64,000 nt of DNA, taken from Erythrobacter sp. (GTDB lineage Bacteria; Pseudomonadota; Alphaproteobacteria; Sphingomonadales; Sphingomonadaceae). The DNA lies in contig JBDWRU010000010.1 in the NCBI GenBank assembly GCA_039985875.1, positions 7,266-71,265 of the forward strand. Direction: 5' to 3'. Position numbers and translations under genes: made by a program. The first letter of the stretch is position 1. Every line of letters starts with the position of its first letter. Positions 1 through 7,507 of the stretch are shown piece by piece. Under the pieces are notes generated by a model. That model was not told the DNA's origin. It saw only the letters and a list, made by a program, of their open reading frames with translations, and did not search any database.

Positions 1-840
1 CCGGCACAAAAGAGAGACCTCTCCAGATTCATCGAGGCACAATCCAAAGAGATTGAAGCTCGGAATCGTTCGATCAAAGAATATCAGCAAAAAACTACGG
101 CTCTCGAAAGTGAAAATACGGGCCTCACGCAGCAACTAAGGACTGAAAAGAAAAAGCGCTACTATGCTGAGGCGCACCTCAAAAGCGACGACAAACGCTT
201 TCAAGAAATTCACCATCACATCAAGATTTTGACTGACATTGTCTCTGGCGAACTCGATGAGATCGATGAGCGCTATCAGAAGGACAATTCAATCAAATTG
301 GGAGACGTTATGGACCACGTGCGGGCTGCGCGTTTCCAAAGCCAAAAGATGATGACGTTATCTCAGATCATAACGAAATCGGACTTCGACATGATGACCG
401 ATGAGTCCCGTCATGATTTCTTTGATGCAATCTCAGGCTATCTGAAATTGATGGGCGAGATAAATGGCGGTTGGAACATGAACATCGAGTTCCACAACCC
501 GCGTGGTGTAGAACTGATTCTGAATTTCAGCGCGATTGAGCAGGCTATTCTAGTCGACAATATCTTGAGCAACTCGGTCAAAGCCAAATCAAAGAACGTT
601 ACCATCTCGGTTGCTGAAACAGATGAAGCTTACGAATTGATGTTTGCCGATGACGGTGATGGACTGACAAAAAAATACAAACCAGAGGAACTCTTCTCCG
701 CCGGGATCAGCACGACCAGAAGAGGCTCTGGCACTGGCCTCAGCAATGTTTTGGATATTGTGCAGCGGCTCGAAGGCAACGTGGAGATCATCAACGTGAA
801 GCCCAAAGGGGCGTGTGTCAGAATCTGGTGGGGTAAATGA
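1..840 (+). CDS. Sensor histidine kinase, C-terminal ~280 aa (5' end lies outside the window)
   Basis: Frame 1 has no stop from nt 1 to 840; the track entry 229..840 only marks an internal TTG. nt 1-228 translate to a coiled-coil-like stretch (SKEIEARNRSIKEYQQKTTALESENTGLTQQLRTEKKK), then an H-box-like FQEIHHHIKILTDIV. N-box LVDNILSNSVKA, G1 DDGDGL and G2 GSGTGLSNV indicate HATPase_c. Confidence 0.8.
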   Translation, partial: PAQKRDLSRFIEAQSKEIEARNRSIKEYQQKTTALESENTGLTQQLRTEKKKRYYAEAHLKSDDKRFQEIHHHIKILTDIVSGELDEIDERYQKDNSIKLGDVMDHVRAARFQSQKMMTLSQIITKSDFDMMTDESRHDFFDAISGYLKLMGEINGGWNMNIEFHNPRGVELILNFSAIEQAILVDNILSNSVKAKSKNVTISVAETDEAYELMFADDGDGLTKKYKPEELFSAGISTTRRGSGTGLSNVLDIVQRLEGNVEIINVKPKGACVRIWWGK

Positions 841-1826
841 GACTCAACTACAATGTCCTTTGGATCGACGACAATATTGACTCCTTAAGGGCCTACAAGA
901 AGGCCTTGGAGGAAAAGAATGATCAAATCGGCATCCGCACGAAACATGTTGATGTGCCGGTAAGGATGGGCGCTCGAGAGAACCCTGACGAGCATCAAGC
1001 CCGAGTGAGCAAGGACATTGAGAAGGCTCTATCTGATCAGGTGTTCGAGCTGATTGTTGTCGATCTTCATATGACGGGAAAGAACGGGGGATTTGATGGT
1101 CCTGATATCATCCAGTTCATTCGTGATACGCAGAAGATATTTCGCCCAATCGTCTTTCATTCAGGAGGAGATCAGTCGCTTCAAGCAACCGCCACTGAGC
1201 AGCTAAATGAGCGCGCTGAAGAAAAGGGTGTCTTTGGCAAGAGCATTTTCATCTCTCCCAAGGACCGATTGTCCAACATGCTCTCTGATATTGTCGGAGA
1301 GATGCATGAGAACGAGCATCAGATAAATCAGGTTCGTGGAACGCTCATGGACTGCGTCAGTGAAATTGATGCTCAGATTATCGATGTGATGACGAGTGGA
1401 GAGGTTTGGGATCAGGTGCCCGAGACCTCTCGCGAGGCCGCCCTGAAGAAATTTAAGAGTTTGATCGACTCACAGCGGAAGAAGGCTGAGAAGCAGCACG
1501 AGCATGTCAAAGGCATGAGCTACGATGAAGTTCGTGAATATGTCTTGGACGATCCAAAGAACGTCTCAACCTTTGTTAAAACCAAGCTGCTTCGAGAGCT
1601 GGCGAAGAAGATTCCCGAAATTAAAGATGCGGGAGACACTCTTAGCGCGTTTATAGCAACGAACGAGGGCGCTCCTGAATGCTTGAATGAGATTAGAAAC
1701 AAATATGCCCATCAAACAGCAGTTCAATTAGCTGCCAACCACAACGATGATCATTGCACTCACATTCGGCGCGAAGCCCACAAACATACTGACAATGTGA
1801 TTTCGTTGCGAGAAAGCCTGAAGTGA
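837..1826 (+). CDS. Response-regulator receiver domain fused to a HEPN-like (Rx4H) C-terminal domain
   Basis: 329-aa ORF with an ATGA overlap with the kinase gene. The N-terminus has NVLWIDDN, ELIVVDLHM (Asp76, nt 1062-1064), IVFHSGG and ISPK, a CheY-like receiver signature. The helical C-terminal region carries NEIRNKYAHQ (R287-x4-H292, nt 1695-1712), the RNxxAH form of the HEPN Rx4-6H motif. The receiver call is firm; the HEPN call rests on motif and position only. Confidence 0.7.
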   Translation: MRLNYNVLWIDDNIDSLRAYKKALEEKNDQIGIRTKHVDVPVRMGARENPDEHQARVSKDIEKALSDQVFELIVVDLHMTGKNGGFDGPDIIQFIRDTQKIFRPIVFHSGGDQSLQATATEQLNERAEEKGVFGKSIFISPKDRLSNMLSDIVGEMHENEHQINQVRGTLMDCVSEIDAQIIDVMTSGEVWDQVPETSREAALKKFKSLIDSQRKKAEKQHEHVKGMSYDEVREYVLDDPKNVSTFVKTKLLRELAKKIPEIKDAGDTLSAFIATNEGAPECLNEIRNKYAHQTAVQLAANHNDDHCTHIRREAHKHTDNVISLRESLK

Positions 1827-2263
1827 AGACTGTACTGTTCGACATCGATGGAACATTAGCGGATATCGAACATCGCAGGCATTTGGTCGAAGGCGACAAT
1901 CCTGACTGGGCCAAGTTCTTTGACCTTATGGGGTCGGATTCAGTGAACCTGCCAGTTGCAGAGCTTTATCTCGCACTTTGGTCGTCAACCTCCTTCGAAT
2001 GTGTGCTCGTCTCTGGTCGTCCTGAAGAGTACCGGCCTGTTACCGAGCAATGGCTGACTTGGAATGAGATACCATTTAATCGATTGCTTATGCGCCGCGC
2101 CAAAGACAACCGTAAAGATGCGATAGTGAAGGAGGAAATCCTAAAACAGCTTCTGAGCGAAGGCGCTGACATAGCATTTACAGTCGATGACCGCCAATCG
2201 GTAGTGAATATGTGGCGGCGCAACGGGATAACTTGCTTTCAATGCGCGGAATACGAAGGCTAG
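1823..2263 (+). CDS. HAD-superfamily phosphatase, polynucleotide kinase 3'-phosphatase-like (PNKP-C type)
   Basis: 146-aa ORF whose GTG start overlaps the upstream stop (GTGA, 1823-1826). HAD motifs: I FDIDGTL, II LVSGRP, III Lys in RKDAIVKEE, IV TVDDR. Its small, cap-less size resembles phage/bacterial PNKP phosphatase domains. Confidence 0.65.
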   Translation: MKTVLFDIDGTLADIEHRRHLVEGDNPDWAKFFDLMGSDSVNLPVAELYLALWSSTSFECVLVSGRPEEYRPVTEQWLTWNEIPFNRLLMRRAKDNRKDAIVKEEILKQLLSEGADIAFTVDDRQSVVNMWRRNGITCFQCAEYEG

Positions 2264-2509
2264 TCGATCGTGGTGCTTACCCTTGGGTCCGCCTTGAGTG
2301 AACCCAACCCGCAAGTGCGGTTTCGGCTATACAGCCTCAATCCTTGGTGCGGGCTTTGGAGCAAACCCCTCTGCGCACTCTTTTTCGCTTCGGACAGTCG
2401 GACGGTCCCCTTGGTCCTCTCAAGCAGCTGTTGAAGGGACACTAGTTTGTGTCTGCTTTCGGGAATTTAGATTCTGGATGGCTATGTCTTGGATTGGGGC
2501 GCATTGCGG

Positions 2510-3064
2510 TCATTCGCCGAAGTAGCTCCACCATTGCGGCCATGATGCTTTGTGCGGTGTCCGCGTTGCGCTCCAAACCACGCGCTGCTCATCTGGCTGG
2601 AGCTGTCGATCATCAAGTCGAGCGAGTGCAGCTTCGACGATCCAAGGATTGAGCTCCCATTTGGCGCGCGCTTTATCAGCAGGGTACTTTAACTTCGCGA
2701 TACGCAGCGGTTCTAGAATGCTATCTGCGCCAGAGCTTATCGGTTGCAAGACTAGCTTGGTTATCTGTTCGACATCATCACCACGGACTGCCCGTGCGCG
2801 TTCGATTGCTTCGAGCGAAGCCCGCGAAGCAGCGCTGTCCCCCGCCAGCCCTTTTTGAGTGAGTTGGAGCAAAAACGCCTCGGCTGCCGTGACGCGCCGT
2901 TTGCGGCCATCTTCGCGGATCGTGACCATTTGACCGAGTACAGTATCATAGGGGATCTCGCGCTTGCGGTTCTTCGGACGCCCCCGCGGATTGCCCGACT
3001 TACCTTTGCGGAACCGGGTGCCCGTTGGTGGTTGCTTGTAGCCGATGGGCTCTGGGTCACTCAT
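2510..3064 (-). CDS. DUF5681-like protein (paralog 2)
   Basis: 184-aa ORF. Its N-terminal FRKGKSGNPRGRP motif is shared with the adjacent paralog. ATGA overlap (3061-3064) with the upstream gene. Confidence 0.6.
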   Translation of the reverse strand: MSDPEPIGYKQPPTGTRFRKGKSGNPRGRPKNRKREIPYDTVLGQMVTIREDGRKRRVTAAEAFLLQLTQKGLAGDSAASRASLEAIERARAVRGDDVEQITKLVLQPISSGADSILEPLRIAKLKYPADKARAKWELNPWIVEAALARLDDRQLQPDEQRVVWSATRTPHKASWPQWWSYFGE

Positions 3065-3579
3065 TCAATCCGCCCTCGCGGCCAGCCCAGAGTGTCCGAA
3101 GCGTTGGTAAAGAACTTGATCTGCTCGACGTCCATCTGACTGAACTTGCTTCGGCCCGGCCTGCTGAGCGCCGCTTGCGTTGCCCATGCGTTGACCTTCC
3201 AACGATTGGGGTGCCCAGGATCAGGGGCAGCAATGCCTAGGATCCGCATGGCTTCATTGGCATTGTTAGATGAGTGAGCTCTTTCGATCGCGATGGGCCT
3301 TGGTCCAAGTCCATTCTTCTTTGCCAACGCAGCTTCGCGTTTCTCGATCATCTTGAGAACCTTGCGGATCGCCATGCGCTTGCCTGCGAGCGCGCCTTTG
3401 AGCGTCTGCTGCTGCAGTACTTCTTCAACCGTTAGTTCCCGCTCCTTGCCTCCCACTGTAGCGGTGACGCGTTTATCGAGCACGATTTCGAACGCCGACA
3501 CGTTCGGACGACGCGGCTTGAGTGGGCGTCCCTTGGGATTGCCTGACTGGCCAGGCTTGAACCTCGTATCCTTGCTCAT
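3061..3579 (-). CDS. DUF5681-like protein (paralog 1)
   Basis: 172-aa ORF with an N-terminal FKPGQSGNPKGRP motif. Its start overlaps the stop of the methyltransferase gene (3576-3579). Confidence 0.6.
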   Translation of the reverse strand: MSKDTRFKPGQSGNPKGRPLKPRRPNVSAFEIVLDKRVTATVGGKERELTVEEVLQQQTLKGALAGKRMAIRKVLKMIEKREAALAKKNGLGPRPIAIERAHSSNNANEAMRILGIAAPDPGHPNRWKVNAWATQAALSRPGRSKFSQMDVEQIKFFTNASDTLGWPRGRIE

Positions 3580-4871
3580 GCAACGTCCTCGCGATGGAAC
3601 AGCTCAGGCTCCTTGCCAGTCAGGTCACTCCAGCGCTGCATGGCAAGATCAACATAGGCCGGATCAAGATCGAGCCCGCGGAACCTTCTTCCCACGCGCT
3701 CAGCAGCGATCAAGCTCGTTCCTGAGCCCAAGAATATATCGAGCACCAGCTCGCCTTGCTTGGTCACATCGCAATAAGCGTCAGCTACCATTGCTACCGG
3801 TTTGACCGTTGGATGCAGCGCAAGGTCCTCGCGGCGCGAGCCCATCATCGAGTTCACGCTCGGATAATCCCAGACATTGGTGCGGTTGCGTCCGTGCTTA
3901 CCGAGTTCCACATTGTTTGTGTGTGACTGGCTGCCCACTCGGTAGACGAACACCATCTCGTGCTTAGATCGATAGAGCGAGCCCATCCCGGCATTGCTCT
4001 TGTTCCACACGCATATGTTGAGAAGGTCGTCATAGACGCCCTCAACTGATGCAGTAACATCGTCCATGTGTCGCCAGTCCATGCACACAAAGTGCACCGC
4101 TCCGTCGCGCGATACTTTCGCGCAAGCGCCCAGCGTATCAGTGAGGAACCTGCGGAACTCAATGTCGCTCATTTCGCCCGACGCCATCGCAAACTCACGG
4201 TGCCGACCTTTGGCGTTGGCGTGGCCGTTGATCTTCACATTGTAGGGTGGATCGAGGAAGCCGCAGTCGATTGTGTCGCCTTCACCGACAAGGAGTTTGA
4301 GGAATTCGATATCGCGCCCATCGCCGCAGGCCACGCGGTGTTCGCCAAGCTGCCAGATATCGCCGACCTGCACGCGAGGACTTTCCGGCACAGCCGGTAT
4401 CACCTCGTCGGCCGGGTCCTCGGCTTCAGAGAGAACGACGTCGATCTCGCCGGGGCTGAACCCTGTGAGTCCTAGGTCGATGTCAATTTCGGGAAGCGAG
4501 AGTTCGGCCAGTTCGAGCTTGAGTATCTCGGTGTCCCAACCTGCGTTTAGCGCAATTTTGTTATCGGCGATCCGAAGCGCTCTCTTCTGCGCTTCAGATA
4601 AACCTGTCAGTTCGATCACCGGAACCTCAGCAAGCCCCATCTCTTTGGAAGCGCGCAATCGGCCATGGCCTGCAATGAGATTACCGTCCGGGTCGGTAAG
4701 GATCGGGTTGGTAAAACCAAACTCATTTATTGAAGCGATGATCTGTTCGATCTGCCTCTTGGAATGCGTACGCGCATTGCGGGGATCAGGAACAAGGCTC
4801 GAGACCATCTTATAGGCGACGGCGAGTGGGCGATTGGCAGTCTGGATTGCCTGAGGGGGTTCAGTAGTCAT
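3576..4871 (-). CDS. ParB-like nuclease domain / N6- or N4-DNA methyltransferase fusion (orphan MTase)
   Basis: ParB/Srx-like N-terminus (LVPDPRNARTHSKRQIEQIIASINEFGFTNPIL...GHGRL). Catalytic DPPY (GFLDPPYNV) and AdoMet motif LDIFLGSGTS. Start moved to ATG 4871 (MTTEPP) from ORF-track 4922. Confidence 0.8.
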   Translation of the reverse strand: MTTEPPQAIQTANRPLAVAYKMVSSLVPDPRNARTHSKRQIEQIIASINEFGFTNPILTDPDGNLIAGHGRLRASKEMGLAEVPVIELTGLSEAQKRALRIADNKIALNAGWDTEILKLELAELSLPEIDIDLGLTGFSPGEIDVVLSEAEDPADEVIPAVPESPRVQVGDIWQLGEHRVACGDGRDIEFLKLLVGEGDTIDCGFLDPPYNVKINGHANAKGRHREFAMASGEMSDIEFRRFLTDTLGACAKVSRDGAVHFVCMDWRHMDDVTASVEGVYDDLLNICVWNKSNAGMGSLYRSKHEMVFVYRVGSQSHTNNVELGKHGRNRTNVWDYPSVNSMMGSRREDLALHPTVKPVAMVADAYCDVTKQGELVLDIFLGSGTSLIAAERVGRRFRGLDLDPAYVDLAMQRWSDLTGKEPELFHREDVA

Positions 4872-5061
4872 ATTTGAACAATACAGGAACAACCAAACTA
4901 AACCCAAAAGTGGGTGGGTCAATATTTGGGGAAAAACCGTTTATAATCAGAACTCGCTGGACTTCGCGCAACTCTCGAGCATTGCTGTGTGTGCCCGGCG
5001 AGCCGGGCTCGTGCCGGTAGCGGTCGCCATTTCGGGCGACTGCATCAACCGGAGAACACGC

Positions 5062-5286
5062 ATGACAGACCCCAAAAAGACCAAAACGCCAACCAAGCTC
5101 GACGCAATTGAAAAGCTGCTGAAGCGAAAGAATGGCGCGTCGATCACCGAATTGATGAAAGCCACAGGCTGGCAACAGCACTCAGTTCGAGGCGCGATGG
5201 CAGGCACGCTCAAGAAGCGCGGCGTTATTATCACATCCCAGAAGGTGGACGCGGTGCGCCGTTACTTTGCCGAGAAGTCGGCATGA
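5062..5286 (+). CDS. DUF3489-family small protein
   Basis: KLDAIEKLLKRKNGASITELMKATGWQQHSVRGAMAGTLKKRG. Start placed at ATG 5062 behind GGAGA (5051-5055). ATGA overlap with the next gene. Confidence 0.6.
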   Translation: MTDPKKTKTPTKLDAIEKLLKRKNGASITELMKATGWQQHSVRGAMAGTLKKRGVIITSQKVDAVRRYFAEKSA

Positions 5287-5699
5287 TAGATAAGGACAGC
5301 GAAGCCACACAGCTCGTCAAGGCAATCGAGACAATGGAGCTAGAAGCCGTGCGCTCATTGTGGAGGCAGAGTTTCGGCATCCCTCCATCCTTGCGCTCCG
5401 CCCCCCTCATGCGAATGCAGCTTGCGTGGCGCGTGCAGTGCGAGGCTTTTTGCGGACTTGATACCGAAACGCGCAAAGCTCTTACCCGAACCGGTGCAGC
5501 CCAACCCGAAGGACGTCAACTTGGCATTGGCGCGATCCTAACCCGCAACTGGAAAGGCCGTGAGGTGCAAGTTGTAGTCGAGGACAAGGGCTTTCGCTGG
5601 GAAGGCGATCTTTACCCCAGCCTCTCCGCTGCAGCCTCTGCAATCGCTGGGAGCCGGTGGAACGGGCCAAGGTTCTTTGGACTCAGGGGCACCGCATGA
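5283..5699 (+). CDS. DUF2924-family protein
   Basis: 138-aa ORF in the classic position between DUF3489 and a serine recombinase. It overlaps the recombinase start (ATGA, 5696-5699). Confidence 0.6.
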   Translation: MIDKDSEATQLVKAIETMELEAVRSLWRQSFGIPPSLRSAPLMRMQLAWRVQCEAFCGLDTETRKALTRTGAAQPEGRQLGIGAILTRNWKGREVQVVVEDKGFRWEGDLYPSLSAAASAIAGSRWNGPRFFGLRGTA

Positions 5700-7285
5700 C
5701 CAAGAAAAAAGCAGTGGTTCGCTGCGCGATCTACACCCGCAAAAGCTCGGATGAAGGTCTTGAGCAAGAGTTCAACAGCCTCGATGCTCAGCGCGCAGCG
5801 GGCGAAGCATACGTCACCAGTCAGGCAAGCGAACGCTGGGTCGTCATTCCAACACTTTATGATGACGGTGGTTATTCTGGCGGGACGATGGAGCGTCCTG
5901 GCTTGCAGGCGTTGCTCAGCGACATCGAGGCCAAGCGGATCGATGTAGTGGTTGTCTATAAGATCGACCGGCTTACTCGGTCACTCACAGACTTCTCGTG
6001 CATCATTGAGACCTTCGATAAGAGCGAGACCAGCTTTGTCTCGGTCACTCAATCGTTCAACACCAAGGACTCAATGGGCCGACTGATGCTCAATGTGCTT
6101 TTGTCATTCGCGCAGTTTGAGCGCGAAGTGACCGGCGAACGCATCCGCGACAAGATCGCGGCCTCCAAAGCCAAGGGAATGTGGATGGGCGGTAATCCGC
6201 CGCTTGGATATGACCGGCCCAAAGAAGGCACTCACAAATTGCTAGTCAATGAGGACGAAGCTGAAACTGTAAGGCACATATACAGCCGCTACCTCAAGCT
6301 TGGCTCAGTTCATGCTTTGGAGCGCGAGCTGACAGCTGCAGGCATTGTCTCCAAACTGCGGACCTATTCTACCGGCAGAACAACGGGCGGCATCCCGTTT
6401 AGCCGCGGGGCACTATTCCATCTGCTGCGCAATCCAATTTATCTTGGCAAGATCGTGCACAAGGATAAGCTGTTCGAAGGCGAGCATGACGCGATTGTTG
6501 ATCCAGATCTGTTCGAGCCCGTGCAGACCAAACTCAATGCAAATTCTCAACGCCACCGCGCTGCTGGAGAAAACCGTGTCACCAAAGCCCTGCTAACCGG
6601 CAAGCTTTTTGATGCAAATGGCGAGGCGATGAGCCCATCATTCTCGCGCGGGCGATCAGGTCAGACCTACCGTTATTATGTATCAGCCTCGCTCCAGCAA
6701 GGCGGAGCCAATCATGACGACGGGACTGTCCGCCGCCTTCCAGCATCCGCTATCGAAACGCTCGTCAATGAAACCGCGGGCCGCTGGCTACCGCACGAAA
6801 GGGTTCCGCTCGCTTCCTTGATAGCAGTGCGCATTACAGAAAATGGGCTAGTCTTCGAAGCCGATGGAAAGCTTGCCGACGGCATTACTCGGCATCTCCA
6901 AGACAGCGAACAAATCGTCTATTCCTCGGCAAAGCTCTGCCGCATCCACGTGCCCATCAGCCTTCCGCTACGAGGAGGCCAGCGGCTCATCATTGCTAAA
7001 AACAAACCCGACATCCGTCCTGATCCAGCCTTGATTGCAGCTCTGCGCCGAGCCCATTCTTTGCTTAAGCGCGACCGGCAAGGCATGCCTTTTCTCGAAG
7101 TATCACCAACACAAGCCTACAACCGCAATCTCATCCGGCTCGCATTCCTGGCACCAGACATTCAGCGCGATATTCTCAAAGGGCGCCAACCATCTTTTCT
7201 CAATCTCCAACAGCTCGTCAAAATGGACATCCCGCTATGCTGGACTGAGCAACGAAAAGTGTTGAATTGGCCAAGCTTCAACTAG
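5696..7285 (+). CDS. Large serine recombinase (resolvase/invertase N-terminal domain + recombinase domain)
   Basis: VVRCAIYTRKSSDEGLEQEFNSLDAQR contains the catalytic Ser region. Also VVVYKIDRLTRS and the LSFAQFERE motifs. 529 aa from ATG 5696. Confidence 0.85.
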   Translation: MTKKKAVVRCAIYTRKSSDEGLEQEFNSLDAQRAAGEAYVTSQASERWVVIPTLYDDGGYSGGTMERPGLQALLSDIEAKRIDVVVVYKIDRLTRSLTDFSCIIETFDKSETSFVSVTQSFNTKDSMGRLMLNVLLSFAQFEREVTGERIRDKIAASKAKGMWMGGNPPLGYDRPKEGTHKLLVNEDEAETVRHIYSRYLKLGSVHALERELTAAGIVSKLRTYSTGRTTGGIPFSRGALFHLLRNPIYLGKIVHKDKLFEGEHDAIVDPDLFEPVQTKLNANSQRHRAAGENRVTKALLTGKLFDANGEAMSPSFSRGRSGQTYRYYVSASLQQGGANHDDGTVRRLPASAIETLVNETAGRWLPHERVPLASLIAVRITENGLVFEADGKLADGITRHLQDSEQIVYSSAKLCRIHVPISLPLRGGQRLIIAKNKPDIRPDPALIAALRRAHSLLKRDRQGMPFLEVSPTQAYNRNLIRLAFLAPDIQRDILKGRQPSFLNLQQLVKMDIPLCWTEQRKVLNWPSFN

Positions 7286-7507
7286 CCTGTTCCGCTGAAT
7301 AACAGGCCTGTTAATTTGAATTCACTCCCTGTTACGGCCGAATAAATACCCTGTTATGCCGAATAACAGGGAAACCCCGATTTCCACCGCACAAGCCACT
7401 GTTATTAGGGCATTTAACGCACTGCACCTTGCTCAAAATCAGGCGTTTAAGCCTGTTTTTGGCTCGAAACAGACAAAATTCCCTGTTCTTTCCCTGTTAA
7501 ACAGGGA
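7286..7507. repeat. Array of CCTGTT/AACAGG motifs with three palindromes at the island-tRNA junction
   Basis: CCTGTT at 7286, 7307, 7328, 7350, 7452, 7482 and 7493; AACAGG at 7301, 7365 and 7500. Perfect palindromes: CCCTGTTAT-N5-ATAACAGGG (7349-7371), TCCCTGTT-A-AACAGGGA (7491-7507) and CCTGTT-N9-AACAGG (7286-7306). Confidence 0.75.

Noticed and set aside
229-840. Treating the kinase gene as a complete 203-aa ORF starting at 229
   Set aside because: Position 229 is an internal TTG. The frame is open back to nt 1, and the H-box (FQEIHHHIK) lies upstream of 229, so the gene is truncated by the window edge.
2264-2509. Searched the 246-bp convergent gap for an MNT-type antitoxin partner of the HEPN domain, a tRNA-derived att repeat or a strong terminator
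   Set aside because: The only track ORFs overlapping the gap (2260..2442, 2298..2525, 2449..2652; 60-75 aa) show no RBS, motif or coding-like composition. There is no match to the tRNA-Ser 3' end, and only a weak 4-bp hairpin (CCGC-AAGT-GCGG).
4861-5234. Minus-strand ORFs 4861..5181 and 4947..5234 in the divergent region between the methyltransferase and DUF3489 genes
   Set aside because: They overlap the better-supported DUF3489 gene and its leader. They have no RBS or motif and are probably a promoter region read in frame.
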